DNA of 32,000 nucleotides, taken from Propionibacterium freudenreichii subsp. freudenreichii. Its GTDB lineage: Bacteria > Actinomycetota > Actinomycetes > Propionibacteriales > Propionibacteriaceae. Within the stretch, counting starts at the first letter, position 1. The number at the start of each line of letters is the position of its first letter. Position numbers and translations under genes: made by a program. The notes under the pieces are model-generated. The model was not told the DNA's origin, ran no database searches, and was given only the letters and a program-made list of their open reading frames with translations. Positions 1-10,035 of the stretch are shown piece by piece. The stretch is taken from the NCBI RefSeq assembly GCF_000940845.1, contig NZ_CP010341.1, positions 2,100,001 to 2,132,000 of the forward strand, written 5' to 3'.

Positions 1-25
1 ACCGGCCGACCACCCCCGCCCCACG

Positions 26-1762
26 ATGGTGCGTCCGCACTGGGCACTGCTGGAGGGCCGGGCCGGATTCGCCCACGACGACCAGGACGTCGGCCTGCGC
101 CAGGGATGGTTCCGCGAGGGCCGCGACGCACAGGCCTTCGACCGCACGATCAGGCTGCCGTTCCCACCCGAGTCGCGCGCCTCGGGCATCGGCGACACCG
201 GCTTCCATCCGGTGGTCTGGTACCGCATCGCCATTCCCGCCGGCATGCTGGAATCGCTGGGCCATGGCCCCGGCCGGCGGCTGCTGGTGCACTTCGGCGC
301 CGTCGACCATGACGCCATCGTCTGGGTGGACGGCACGGAGGCCGGCAGCCACCAGGGCGGCCAGAGCGCCTTCACCCTGGACATCACCGACTGCCTCGGC
401 CCCGGACCCGACCACCACATCGTGGTGCGCGCCCACGACGACCCCACCGACCGCAGCCAGCTGCGGGGCAAGCAGGACTGGCAACCCCGCCCGCACGCCA
501 TCTGGTACGAACGCTCCACCGGCATCTGGCGCCCGGTCTGGCTGGAATCGGTGCCAGACACCCACATCAGCCAGCTCAGTTGGCGGGTGTCGCTGCGCGA
601 GGGCACCGCCATCGCACTGATCGAGCTCAACCACGCGCCGCGCCGCGGTGTGCCCGTGACGGTGACCCTGGGGCTCGGCGGCAAGCCCATCGCCGCCACC
701 CGTGCCACCCTGCGCGAACGCGCCGGACGGATCCGGGTGAGCATCCCCCACGCCCGCCGCTGGGCATGGTCGCCCGCCAACCCCCAACTGCTCGACGCCA
801 CCATCAGCGCCGGCGACGACCGTGTGACGAGCTACGTGGGAATGCGCGACGTCAGCGTCGGCACGCGCCGATTGGAGATCAACGGCCAACCGACCTACCT
901 GCGCCAGGTACTGGAGCAGTGCTACTGGCCCGACAGCCTCTACACGCCGCCGGACGTGCAGGCCCTGGACGACGAGCTCGCCCTGATCGCCGGCCTCGGC
1001 TTCAACGGCCTGCGCATCCACCAGCAGACCCCCGATCCCCGCCTGCTGTACCGCGCCGACCGGGCCGGGCTGCTGGTCTTCGCCGAGATCGGCAATGCAA
1101 TGGAGTACACCCCGCTCGCGGCCCGCCGGTTGCGCCGCGAATGGAGCGACACGGTGCTGGCCACCCGCAGCCACCCGAGCATCGTGTGCTGGGTGCCGAT
1201 CAACGAGTCGTGGGGCGTGCCGGGGATCGCCCACGACGCCGAACAGGCCGCCTTCGCCACGGCGATGGCCACGCTCACCCGCCACCTCGACCCGACCCGG
1301 CCAGCCCTATCCAACGACGGCTGGCAGCACGTCGACTCCGACCTGCTCACCCTCCACGACTACACGGCCCGCGCCGTGGTGCTGCGTCGCCGCTATCGCC
1401 ACAAGGGCGTCCAACGACTGCGCACCCGCGACCAGGTGGGCCCGGCGGCTCGTTTCATCGTGCTGGGCGACGAACAACGCACCCAGCTACCGATGCTGCT
1501 CGACGAATGTGGCGGCGTGCGCTTCGCCCCCGGCGCGGCCCGCCGCGGTGGCGGCTGGGGCTATTCGTCGGTGCGCACCGCGCGGGGCTTCCGTCGTCGC
1601 CTCGCCGCGATCATGACCGCCATCCGGTCAAGCGATGCGCTGGGCGGGTTCTGCTGGACCCAGCTCACCGACACCGCCCAGGAGGTCAACGGGCTGTGCG
1701 ACGAACAGCGTCGTCCCAAGCTCGACCCTGAGCAGCTGCGCGCGATCTTCGGACCGCGGTAG
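26..1762 (+). CDS. Glycoside hydrolase family 2 (beta-galactosidase/beta-glucuronidase-like), apparently cytoplasmic
   Basis: 578-aa ORF with coding-type third-position G+C. The N-terminal segment LLVHFGAVDHDAIVWVDGTEAGSHQGGQSAFTLDITD resembles the GH2 sugar-binding region. VPINESWG fits the GH2 TIM-barrel acid/base context. No signal peptide. The start lies close to the window edge, so the true N-terminus is uncertain. Confidence 0.72.
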   Translation: MVRPHWALLEGRAGFAHDDQDVGLRQGWFREGRDAQAFDRTIRLPFPPESRASGIGDTGFHPVVWYRIAIPAGMLESLGHGPGRRLLVHFGAVDHDAIVWVDGTEAGSHQGGQSAFTLDITDCLGPGPDHHIVVRAHDDPTDRSQLRGKQDWQPRPHAIWYERSTGIWRPVWLESVPDTHISQLSWRVSLREGTAIALIELNHAPRRGVPVTVTLGLGGKPIAATRATLRERAGRIRVSIPHARRWAWSPANPQLLDATISAGDDRVTSYVGMRDVSVGTRRLEINGQPTYLRQVLEQCYWPDSLYTPPDVQALDDELALIAGLGFNGLRIHQQTPDPRLLYRADRAGLLVFAEIGNAMEYTPLAARRLRREWSDTVLATRSHPSIVCWVPINESWGVPGIAHDAEQAAFATAMATLTRHLDPTRPALSNDGWQHVDSDLLTLHDYTARAVVLRRRYRHKGVQRLRTRDQVGPAARFIVLGDEQRTQLPMLLDECGGVRFAPGAARRGGGWGYSSVRTARGFRRRLAAIMTAIRSSDALGGFCWTQLTDTAQEVNGLCDEQRRPKLDPEQLRAIFGPR

Positions 1763-1899
1763 TACGGCTCGTTTCGCGCGCAGCGCTAGCCTCGATGACT
1801 GGAGTTGGCCCCGTCAGCCCGCCAGGGCAGGTTCGCGGGCCACCGTGCGCCGGGGACACCTGCGCCAACCAGAGGACCATGCGCTCATAGGAGGACACA

Positions 1900-2328
1900 T
1901 TGGCAACGCTGACGGTGACCGAGCAGAACTTCACCGAGACCATCGAGGGCAACCAGATCGTGTTGCTCGACTTCTGGGCGTCGTGGTGTGGCCCTTGCAT
2001 GCAGTTCGGGCCGATCTATGACCAGGTGAGCGAGGACCATCCCGACATCGTCTTCGGCAAGATCGACACCGAGGACCAGCAGTCGCTGGCCGGGGCGGCG
2101 AACATCACGTCAATCCCCACGCTGATGGCGCTCAAGGACCAGACGATCGTCTTCAGTCAGGCCGGCGCGCTGCCCAGGGCCGCCCTCGAGGAACTCATCG
2201 AGCAGATCGAGAAGCTCGACGTGAAGGCGGCGCTGGAGGCCGAAAGGGCCCAGCGCGAGGCCTCCGGGGACAGCACCGGCGACGACAACCCTCAGCCAGA
2301 CATTGAGGCGAACTCCACGCGGGAGTAG
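1900..2328 (+). CDS. Thioredoxin with an acidic C-terminal extension
   Basis: TTG start at 1900 preceded by AGGAGGA (1889-1895). Active site WCGPC within FWASWCGPCMQFGP. About 35 extra acidic residues follow the Trx fold. Confidence 0.88.
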   Translation: MATLTVTEQNFTETIEGNQIVLLDFWASWCGPCMQFGPIYDQVSEDHPDIVFGKIDTEDQQSLAGAANITSIPTLMALKDQTIVFSQAGALPRAALEELIEQIEKLDVKAALEAERAQREASGDSTGDDNPQPDIEANSTRE

Positions 2329-2498
2329 GGGTGGGGGCGCGCATTGATCGGCGTTCACTGGCAGAATCAACCAGTGAGCGTGTGATCCGATCAGCGCTTT
2401 GAGACGCCGGGCAGGCTCCCGATAGGGATCCGGTGACTGCGTCGTGACAGGCCGTGCGCACTAGGATCGTGCACTGATGCCAGATGGGAGGGGCACAC

Positions 2499-3215
2499 GT
2501 GGGGCTGTTTGACAGGGTTGAGAAGAAGCTCGAAAGCACCGTCAACGGCGTCTTTGCGCGCGCCTTCAAGGGTGATGTGCAACCCGTTGAGATCGCCTCC
2601 CGCCTGCAGCGTGAGCTCGATTCCGAGGCAAAGCTGCTGTCGCGCGACAAGCGCCTGGTGCCCAATGACTTCCAGGTGCACCTGTCCACCCATGACTACG
2701 ACCGGCTGGCGCCCTATTCGCGCACCCTGAACGCCGAGATCGTGCCCGACCTGCGTGAACACGCCTCCGACCGGGGATATGTCTTCGACGGGCCCATCCA
2801 CATCGAATATGTGCTCGATGACTCGCTGCCCACCGGCCGCTTCGAGGTCACCAGTGCCTCGGTGGCCACCGTCGCCGAGAACGGCGGGGCGGCATCGTCG
2901 ACGATGATCCGCCGGGCACCGCTGGTGCTCGAGGTGAACGGGGTGCGCCATCCGCTGATGCCGCCGGGATTCACCATCGGACGCGGCACCGAGGCCGACC
3001 TGCGCATCAACGATCCGGGCGTGTCACGCAAGCACGCGCGCATCAATGTGTCGGAGAACGCCGACGGCGAGTTGCTCATCAGCATCGACGACCTGGGCTC
3101 CACCAACGGTGTCATCGTCAACGGACAGCGCGTCACCCACAGTCCCCTGGAAGACGGCAGCCGCATCGAAATGGGCTCCACGCGGATGCTCGTCCACTCG
3201 CCTGTGGGGACCTGA
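2499..3215 (+). CDS. fhaA: FhaA (DUF3662 N-terminal domain plus C-terminal FHA domain)
   Basis: The ORF opens at 2484. I prefer GTG 2499, which gives MGLFDRVEKKLESTVNGVF, the conserved FhaA N-terminus. C-terminal FHA motif: FTIGRGTEADLRINDPGVSRKHARI...LGSTNGVIVNGQRV. It is the first gene of the conserved fhaA-fhaB-pstP-rodA-pbpA-pknB cluster. Confidence 0.9.
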   Translation: MGLFDRVEKKLESTVNGVFARAFKGDVQPVEIASRLQRELDSEAKLLSRDKRLVPNDFQVHLSTHDYDRLAPYSRTLNAEIVPDLREHASDRGYVFDGPIHIEYVLDDSLPTGRFEVTSASVATVAENGGAASSTMIRRAPLVLEVNGVRHPLMPPGFTIGRGTEADLRINDPGVSRKHARINVSENADGELLISIDDLGSTNGVIVNGQRVTHSPLEDGSRIEMGSTRMLVHSPVGT

Positions 3216-3217
3216 CC

Positions 3218-3691
3218 TTGACCGGCATCCTGCTGGCCACCATCAAGGTGGCCTATCTCGTGCTGATGTGGCTGTTCATCCTGTTCGTGGCCAACACCAT
3301 CCGCGGCGACCTGATCGGCCGCACCGTCACGAATGGCGGAATCGTTGCCGCCGGCCTGAAGCAGGCTGCCCGCAAGCGTCGTGAGAAGCCCAAGCGCCGC
3401 GAGCTGCAACACCTCGTGGTGGTGGCCGGCAACCAGACCGGCACCCGCGTCGACCTGCCCGGGGCCCTGGTGCTCGGCAGGGCCACCGACTCGGGCTTCG
3501 ACCTCGATGACGACTATGCGTCGAGCCACCATGCGCGCCTGTACCCCCAGGACGACGGCCGTTGGGTCATCGAGGACCTGCAGTCGACCAACGGCACCTA
3601 TGTGAACGGCGTGCGCATCGTGCAGCCCACGCTGGTCGGGGCCAAGGACGTCATCCGCATCGGGCGCACCCAGCTGAAGCTGGAGCGCTGA
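3218..3691 (+). CDS. fhaB: FhaB/FipA-type membrane-anchored FHA-domain protein
   Basis: TTG start 2 nt after the fhaA stop. N-terminal TM helix (ILLATIKVAYLVLMWLFILFVA). FHA domain: LVLGRATDSGFDLDDDYASSHHARL...LQSTNGTYVNGVRI. Confidence 0.88.
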   Translation: MTGILLATIKVAYLVLMWLFILFVANTIRGDLIGRTVTNGGIVAAGLKQAARKRREKPKRRELQHLVVVAGNQTGTRVDLPGALVLGRATDSGFDLDDDYASSHHARLYPQDDGRWVIEDLQSTNGTYVNGVRIVQPTLVGAKDVIRIGRTQLKLER

Positions 3692-3693
3692 GC

Positions 3694-5229
3694 GTGACTG
3701 ATCCAGCTCATCGCCCCCCGGCGACGGCGCATCCCCAGGATTCCGCCCACTCCACCGCGACACCGGACCCCGGTGCCGCATCCGGTGGATTGAGCCTCGA
3801 CTACCGGGCGCACTCCGAGACCGGCCCGGTGCGACGCAACAACCAGGACTCGGCCTATGTGTCACCGACCATGCTGGTGGTCGCCGACGGCATGGGCGGG
3901 GCCGCTGCCGGCGACCTGGCCAGCTCGGTGGCCATCGCGGAACTGAAGCGCTCCGACGCGCCCAGGCCGCCCGACGAGATGCTCGAGGTGCTGGCCGGCG
4001 CCATGAATCGCGCCAACGACCGGCTGGCCGATCTCATCGCCTGGGACCACCAGCTCGACGGCATGGGCACCACGGTGTGCGGGGCCATGTACGGCCAGGG
4101 TGTGCTGCAGATGGTGCACATCGGCGATTCGCGCGCCTACCTGCTGCGCGACGGCGACCTGGCGCGCCTGACCCATGACGACTCGTGGGTGCAGTCGCTG
4201 GTGGACGACGGCAAGATCACCGAGGCCGAGGCGGCCGTGCACCCGCACCGCTCGCTGCTGCTCAAGGTGCTCAACGGCCAGCCGACCCACGATCCCGATT
4301 ACCCGACGCTGGCGCTGCGTGCCGGCGATCGGCTCCTGTTCTGCTCCGACGGGCTGTGTGGGCTGGTCGATGACCAGCGGATGCGCGAGCTGATGCTGGG
4401 CCATCCGCTCGACCGGGCCGTCACCTCACTGGTCGACGCCGCCCACCGCGCCGGCGGCTACGACAACATCACCCTGATCCTGGCCGATGTCGTCCCCTTC
4501 GACCCGACGCTGCAGGCAGCCCCGCCGCAGACCCTGGGCGCGGCAGAGCACGTGGACATCCCCAAGGTGGCCCCCGCCGGGGTCCCCGGCGACAACGGCC
4601 CCACCGCGATCGTGCCGGCGGTCGACGCCGCCGGCGTCCCGGAACCCGGCGACCAGGCCGTCCCACCGGACGCTGCGGCTCCGGTGACAGGTGCCTCGGG
4701 GACCAGCGCCCCGATGGCAGGCACCGACACCGATGAGCGCATCCGCTACACGCCGATGACGCGCCGGCGTCGCCGCAAGTGGCCGTGGATCACCGCCATC
4801 GCGGTGGCCCTGGTGCTCATCGGCGGCGGCCTGTTCGGGGCCTACCACTATGTGACCACGCAGTTCTACATCGCCCCGGCCGGCGGCCAGGTGGCGATCT
4901 ACAAGGGACTTCCCGACTCGGTGGTGGGCGTGCGGCTCGGCACCCTGGCCGAGCAGCACTCCACCCAGATCTCCGACCTCCCCAGCTACTACGCCGACCA
5001 GGTGCGCGGCCGCAGCATCCATGCGGGCTCGCTCGACCAGGCACGCAACCAGGCGAACTACCTCGATGAGGTGGCCTCCACCTGCGTGGCGACGCGTCAG
5101 GCGCGCAGTTCCGCCTCGGCCGCCGGCTCACCGCAGCCCTCCGCCGCCGTATCGGCGAGCGCGTCGGCAAGTGCCTCGGGCGGCGCCGGGTCCATCGGGG
5201 CACCGGTCAACACCGGGGATTGCCCATGA
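3694..5229 (+). CDS. pstP: PP2C-family Ser/Thr phosphatase PstP with C-terminal TM helix and extracytoplasmic tail
   Basis: The tracked ORF (3562-5229) overlaps fhaB. An in-frame GTG at 3694 sits 2 nt after the fhaB stop. An alternative TTG at 3790 gives MSLDYRAHSETGPVRRNNQDS. PP2C motifs VVADGMGGAAAGDLAS and FCSDGL are present. TM segment: WPWITAIAVALVLIGGGLFGAY. Confidence 0.88.
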   Translation: MTDPAHRPPATAHPQDSAHSTATPDPGAASGGLSLDYRAHSETGPVRRNNQDSAYVSPTMLVVADGMGGAAAGDLASSVAIAELKRSDAPRPPDEMLEVLAGAMNRANDRLADLIAWDHQLDGMGTTVCGAMYGQGVLQMVHIGDSRAYLLRDGDLARLTHDDSWVQSLVDDGKITEAEAAVHPHRSLLLKVLNGQPTHDPDYPTLALRAGDRLLFCSDGLCGLVDDQRMRELMLGHPLDRAVTSLVDAAHRAGGYDNITLILADVVPFDPTLQAAPPQTLGAAEHVDIPKVAPAGVPGDNGPTAIVPAVDAAGVPEPGDQAVPPDAAAPVTGASGTSAPMAGTDTDERIRYTPMTRRRRRKWPWITAIAVALVLIGGGLFGAYHYVTTQFYIAPAGGQVAIYKGLPDSVVGVRLGTLAEQHSTQISDLPSYYADQVRGRSIHAGSLDQARNQANYLDEVASTCVATRQARSSASAAGSPQPSAAVSASASASASGGAGSIGAPVNTGDCP

Positions 5230-6614
5230 GCACCGAGACCCCGGTGGTTGTCTACCGCAAGCGCCGCGGCACCGAGCTGGCGCTGATCATCGTTGCCTCC
5301 CTGTTCGGCATCGGCGGGTTCGTGATCACCACCATCAACATGCATGGTGGCCTGCCGGCGGGCCTGATCGGCGTCTCCCTGGGTTGGCTGGCGCTGTGCG
5401 TGATCGCCCACCTGGCGGTGCGCATCCGCGCCCCCTACGCCGACCCGGTGATCCTGCCCTGCGTGATCGCGCTGAACGGCCTGGGCCTGGCGATGATCTA
5501 CCGGCTCGACCAGGACCCCCCGGCGTCCACCCTGGTGAACGGCCAGTTGATGTGGACCGCGCTGGGCGTGCTGCTGTTCGTGGGCGTGCTGTTCGCCGTT
5601 CGCGACTACCGCAACCTGCAGCGCTACCCCTATGTGCTGTTCCTGCTGGGCCTGGTGCTGCTGCTGATGCCGCTGGTGCCCGGCCTGGCCTCAAAGGCCA
5701 ATGCGCTCAACGGTTCCCAGATCTGGGTGAGCGTGGCCGGCATGAGCTTCCAGCCCGCCGAGGTCGCCAAGATCGTGCTGACCCTGGCCTTCGCGTCCTA
5801 TCTGGCCGATCATCGTGACCTGCTGCAGCTGGCCGGCTTGACGATCGGACGCGTCCGCATCCCGCGTGGGCGCGACCTGCTGCCGATCATGGTGATGTGG
5901 GCCGCTGCGGTGGCGGTGATCGTCTTCGAGAACGACTACGGCACGGCCCTGCTGTTCTTCGGGCTGTTCGTGATGATGCTCTACGTGGCCACCAGCCAGA
6001 TCCGCTGGGTGGTGATCGGGGGCGTGCTGTTCCTGATCGCCGCCGTGTTCGCGTTCAACTTCGTCGGCCACGTGCAGGTGCGCTTCGATTCCTGGCTGCA
6101 TCCGTTCAGCGATCCCGAGCAGAACGGCCAGGTGATCTCGGCCCAGTACGGCATGGCATGGGGTGGCCTGTTCGGACGCGGCTGGGGACTGGGACGTCCC
6201 TCGCTGGTGCCGCTGGCGCAGAGCGACTTCATCGCCTCGGCGATCGGCGAGGAGCTGGGCCTCACCGGGCTGATGGCGCTGATCCTCATCTACGGGCTCA
6301 TCGTGGCGCGCGGCCTGCGTGCGGCGCTGACCTCGTCGGACGTCTTCGGCAAGCTGCTCGCCGGCGGGCTCAGCTTCACCTTCGCGCTGCAGGTGTTCGC
6401 CATCATCGGCGGCGTCACCCGCCTGCTGCCGCTGACCGGACTCACCACGCCCTTCCTGTCGCAGGGCGGCACCTCGCTGGTGGCCAACTGGGTGATCGTG
6501 GCCGCCCTGATGCAGATCTCCCACGCCGGCAGGCGCCCGGCCGCGGCCGCGAGCAACCCCGATCCCGACATGGAATCGGCCCCCACCGCCATGATCGGAA
6601 GGGTGGAGCCATGA
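5226..6614 (+). CDS. rodA: SEDS-family peptidoglycan polymerase RodA (FtsW/RodA/SpoVE family)
   Basis: Polytopic membrane protein of about 460 aa. ATG 5226 overlaps the pstP stop (ATGA). It occupies the conserved position between pstP and pbpA. Confidence 0.88.
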   Translation: MSTETPVVVYRKRRGTELALIIVASLFGIGGFVITTINMHGGLPAGLIGVSLGWLALCVIAHLAVRIRAPYADPVILPCVIALNGLGLAMIYRLDQDPPASTLVNGQLMWTALGVLLFVGVLFAVRDYRNLQRYPYVLFLLGLVLLLMPLVPGLASKANALNGSQIWVSVAGMSFQPAEVAKIVLTLAFASYLADHRDLLQLAGLTIGRVRIPRGRDLLPIMVMWAAAVAVIVFENDYGTALLFFGLFVMMLYVATSQIRWVVIGGVLFLIAAVFAFNFVGHVQVRFDSWLHPFSDPEQNGQVISAQYGMAWGGLFGRGWGLGRPSLVPLAQSDFIASAIGEELGLTGLMALILIYGLIVARGLRAALTSSDVFGKLLAGGLSFTFALQVFAIIGGVTRLLPLTGLTTPFLSQGGTSLVANWVIVAALMQISHAGRRPAAAASNPDPDMESAPTAMIGRVEP

Positions 6615-8035
6615 ACAAGTCACTGCGTGGGGTGAGCCTGATCGCCGCCATCATGTTCCTGGCGTTGCTGGTGAATGCCACCTTCAACTACGGCTTCCGC
6701 TCCAAGGGCCTCAACGACGACCCGAGCAACCGGCGCGTCACCGATTCGCAGTTCAACACCGACCGCGGTTCGATCCTGGCGAGCAATACGCCGATCGCCC
6801 AGAGCGTGGCGGTGAGCGGCAACCGCTTCAGCACCCAGCGCACCTATTCCAATGGCGCGCTGTACGCCCCGGTGACCGGCTTCTACTCCTATATCTACGG
6901 ACGCACCGGGCTGGAGCAGAGCTACAACTCGCAGCTGTCGGGCCAGGACGATTCCCAGTTCTTCAGCCGCATGATCGACGAGGCCACCGGCAAGAATCCG
7001 CAGGGTGCCACCGTGCAGACCACCATCAACCCCGCCGTGCAGCAGGCCGCCTCGGACGCGCTGGGTGGACGCACCGGTGCCGTGGTGGCCTATGACTACA
7101 CCACCGGCGCCATCCTGGGCTGGGTCACCTCCCCCAGCTACGATCCCTCGCAGCTGTCCAGCGTCGACCTGCCGGCCACCCAGACCGCATGGCAGAACCT
7201 GGTCGGCGACCCGTCGAACCCGATGAGCGACCGCGCCACCCAGCAGATCTATCCGCCGGGATCGACCTTCAAGCTCGTGGTGGCCTCGGCCGCACTGGAG
7301 AACGGCAAGAGCGCCGCCTCCACCGTGTCGTCGCCGGTGACGCTGCCGCTGCCCAACACCAACCGCGTGCTGCCCAATGCAGTGAACTGCGGTGGCTCCA
7401 CGTCAACCATTGACCATGCGCTGACGGTGTCGTGCAACACCGCCTTCGCCAACCTCGGCATGGAGCTGGGCGCCGACAAGATCCGCGCCCAGGCCGACAA
7501 GTTCGGCTTCGAGTCGCCGTTCACCGGCGACTTCACCTCGGCCACCAGCACCTTCCCCGCCCAGCTCGACGCCTCGCAGCTCGCGATGAGCTCGATCGGC
7601 CAGTACGACGTCTCGGCCACTCCCCTGCAGATGGCGGTGGTGGCCGGCGCGCTGGCCAACGACGGCAACCTCATGCAGCCCTATGTGGTCAGCGAGGTGC
7701 GCGACCGCAACCTCAATGTGCTCACCAAGCACGATCCGCAGTCCCGCGGCAATGCGGTGAGCAAGGAGACCGCGGCGTCGATGCAGAACATGATGGTGCA
7801 CGTGGTGCAGTCCGGCACCGGCACCGCCACCCAGATCGCCGGCCAGACGATCGGTGGCAAGACCGGCACCGCCGAGAACCTGCCGGGGGCCTCGGACTAT
7901 TCGTGGTTCGCCGGCTTCGACAAGGAGCACCACGTCGCCCTGTCGGTGTTCCTGGCCAACCCGAACCAGGCCGGATCGGCCACCGGGAATGCCACCGTGG
8001 CCGCCAAGCGCGTCTTCCAGGCGGTGCAGTCGTGA
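6611..8035 (+). CDS. pbpA: Class B penicillin-binding protein PbpA (transpeptidase)
   Basis: The real start is ATG 6611 (MNKSLRGVSLIAAIMFLALLV), overlapping the rodA stop (ATGA). The tracked ORF 5897-8035 has a spurious N-terminal extension. Transpeptidase motifs STFK (PPGSTFK), SCN (TVSCNTAF) and KTGT (GGKTGTAE) are present. Confidence 0.9.
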   Translation: MNKSLRGVSLIAAIMFLALLVNATFNYGFRSKGLNDDPSNRRVTDSQFNTDRGSILASNTPIAQSVAVSGNRFSTQRTYSNGALYAPVTGFYSYIYGRTGLEQSYNSQLSGQDDSQFFSRMIDEATGKNPQGATVQTTINPAVQQAASDALGGRTGAVVAYDYTTGAILGWVTSPSYDPSQLSSVDLPATQTAWQNLVGDPSNPMSDRATQQIYPPGSTFKLVVASAALENGKSAASTVSSPVTLPLPNTNRVLPNAVNCGGSTSTIDHALTVSCNTAFANLGMELGADKIRAQADKFGFESPFTGDFTSATSTFPAQLDASQLAMSSIGQYDVSATPLQMAVVAGALANDGNLMQPYVVSEVRDRNLNVLTKHDPQSRGNAVSKETAASMQNMMVHVVQSGTGTATQIAGQTIGGKTGTAENLPGASDYSWFAGFDKEHHVALSVFLANPNQAGSATGNATVAAKRVFQAVQS

Positions 8036-8126
8036 GATATTCACAGGTATTGCCTGCGCTGCGAGGGCAAAGGCCCGCCCCGCACCCGACGACTGCCCGA
8101 CCCACTGCCCCGAAAGGAGCATCCGC

Positions 8127-9911
8127 ATGACCGACTCACCCATCGTGCTCGGCGATCGCTATGAGTTGCGCAGCGTCATCGGACGCGGCGGCATGGCCGA
8201 GGTGTGGCAGGCCCGTGACCTGCGCCTGGGCCGCGAGGTGGCCGTCAAGCGCCTGCGCGCCGACCTGGCCACCGATCCCACCTTCCAGACCCGCTTCCAG
8301 CGTGAGGCCCAATCGGCCGCCGGCCTGAACCATCCCAATATCGTGTCGGTCTACGACACCGGCAGCCAGGAGGACTCCGCCACCGGCGTGATGCGCCCCT
8401 ACATCGTCATGGAGCTCGTGAGCGGCCACACGCTGCGCGAGATCCTGCACGAGGGACGCACCATCGTGCCCGCGAAGGCACTCGAATACACCGCCGGCGT
8501 GCTCGACGCGCTGAGTTTCTCGCACAAGCACGGCATCATCCATCGCGACATCAAGCCCGCCAATGTGATGATCACCCCGTCGGGCCAGGTCAAGGTGATG
8601 GACTTCGGCATCGCCCGGGCCGTCGCCGACACCTCCGCGACGATGACCCAGACCGCCGCCGTGATCGGCACGGCGCAATACCTGTCGCCCGAGCAGGCCC
8701 GCGGCGAGACCGTCGATTCGCGCTCCGACATCTATTCGGCCGGCTGCCTGCTCTACGAGCTGCTCACCGGGCGTCCCCCGTTCATCGGCGATTCACCGGT
8801 GGCCGTGGCGTACCAGCATGTGCGCGAGCAGCCGGTGCCGCCCAGCCGGCTCGATCCGGAGGTCACCCCCGACATCGACGCGATCGTGTTGAAGTCGCTG
8901 GAGAAGGACCCCAACGACCGCTACCAGACCGCCGCCGAGATGCGTGACGACATCCTGCGCGTGCTCAACGGCGAGGCGGCCACTGGCGCCACCGCCGTGG
9001 TGCCGGCACCCTTCGCGATGCCGTCGGCCACCGACGCCACCACCGTGCTGCCCTCGGCCTCCCAGCCGCTCAGCGCACCGACCACGCCACCGCGTCGGGC
9101 CGTCGAGGCCCCGCGTGCGCCCAAGAAAAAGAAGAAGCGCCGGGTCAGTGCGCCCACCGCGCTGTTGATCGGCCTCCTGGTGATCCTGCTCACCGTGATG
9201 GGCGTGGTGCTGTTCCGGATGAACTCCGATTCGAACAAGGCCACCCCCGATACGACGGTGCCGGCGGTGATCGGGTTCTCCGAGGACCAGGCCACCTCGA
9301 CCATCCGCAATGCCAAGCTCGACCCGAAGGTGGAGCACCAGTCCGGCCCGGCCGACACCAAGGGACGCGTGGTCGCCACCGACCCGGGTGCCAGCACCAC
9401 GGTGGCCGTGGGGTCCACGGTGACGGTGAAGATCAATGACGGCCCGGCGGCCACCAGGCTGCCCGATGTGCGCGGCAAGACGGAGGACGTGGCCCGCCAG
9501 ATGCTCACCTCGGCCGGGTTCACCGCCATCGCCACGAAGGACGCCAGCGAGTCCCAGGAGGGCACCGAGAGCGCCGCCGGCACCATCGTGGCCACCGACC
9601 CCAGCGCCGGCGCCACCGTCGATCCCGCCAGCCCGATCACCCTGTACCGCGCCACCGGACGCTCGTCGGTGCCCGATGTGAGCAGCCTAGGGGTGAGCGC
9701 CGATGCCGCGATCAAGTTGTTGTCGCAGGCCGGATTCCACAATGTGAAGTCCACCCCCGTCGCGCAGTGCCAGAGCGGCATCGTGTGCGAGCAGACACCG
9801 ACTGCCGGCACGTCGTATCTGCGCACCGACCAGGTGAACATCCTGGTGGGCCAGATCGTCTCGCCCAGCCCCTCGCCGTCACTGACCCCCTCGCCGTCAC
9901 GTTCGAGTTAG
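8127..9911 (+). CDS. pknB: PASTA-domain Ser/Thr protein kinase (PknB-type)
   Basis: ATG 8127 is preceded by GAAAGGAG (8112-8119). Kinase motifs: GRGGMAEVW, VAVK, HRDIKPANV, DFGIA, SPEQA. TM segment: LLIGLLVILLTVMGVVLF. Three PASTA-like repeats begin at VPAVIGFSEDQA, LPDVRGKTEDVA and VPDVSSLGVSAD. Confidence 0.9.
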   Translation: MTDSPIVLGDRYELRSVIGRGGMAEVWQARDLRLGREVAVKRLRADLATDPTFQTRFQREAQSAAGLNHPNIVSVYDTGSQEDSATGVMRPYIVMELVSGHTLREILHEGRTIVPAKALEYTAGVLDALSFSHKHGIIHRDIKPANVMITPSGQVKVMDFGIARAVADTSATMTQTAAVIGTAQYLSPEQARGETVDSRSDIYSAGCLLYELLTGRPPFIGDSPVAVAYQHVREQPVPPSRLDPEVTPDIDAIVLKSLEKDPNDRYQTAAEMRDDILRVLNGEAATGATAVVPAPFAMPSATDATTVLPSASQPLSAPTTPPRRAVEAPRAPKKKKKRRVSAPTALLIGLLVILLTVMGVVLFRMNSDSNKATPDTTVPAVIGFSEDQATSTIRNAKLDPKVEHQSGPADTKGRVVATDPGASTTVAVGSTVTVKINDGPAATRLPDVRGKTEDVARQMLTSAGFTAIATKDASESQEGTESAAGTIVATDPSAGATVDPASPITLYRATGRSSVPDVSSLGVSADAAIKLLSQAGFHNVKSTPVAQCQSGIVCEQTPTAGTSYLRTDQVNILVGQIVSPSPSPSLTPSPSRSS

Positions 9912-10035
9912 CCGACGGCGCTAGGGTCATGGTTCCCACCGGAATTTCCCGGCGGACGCGCACGGGCACCACTGGCAGGGTCCACCTGCCACGTCCCGAT
10001 GGATTCCACACAGCGATTTGCGGGAGAATGACAAC

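Noticed and set aside
2355-2377. Hairpin TCACTGG-N9-CCAGTGA after the thioredoxin gene, flanked by GATCGG/CCGATC.
   Set aside because: It is plausibly a terminator or attenuator, but the stem is short and there is no U-tract. It was not annotated as a feature.
2714-3865. Long minus-strand ORF (383 aa) antisense to fhaA, fhaB and pstP. Similar long shadow ORFs occur at 5691-6623(-), 9712-10803(-), 14101-15996(+), 28485-29672(-), 28061-29038(+) and 19385-20419(+).
   Set aside because: Their translations are R/G/P/H-rich with no motifs. They lie exactly antisense or out of frame to ORFs with clear family signatures. Such shadow ORFs are expected in high-GC DNA.
5897-6610. N-terminal extensions of tracked ORFs: pbpA from 5897, pknB from 7854, pstP from 3562, upp from 22930, the TadA-associated protein to 23050 and feoB to 16326.
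   Set aside because: The extensions overlap upstream genes in other frames and translate to low-complexity R/P-rich sequence. Internal starts have an RBS or stop-start coupling and conserved N-terminal sequences.
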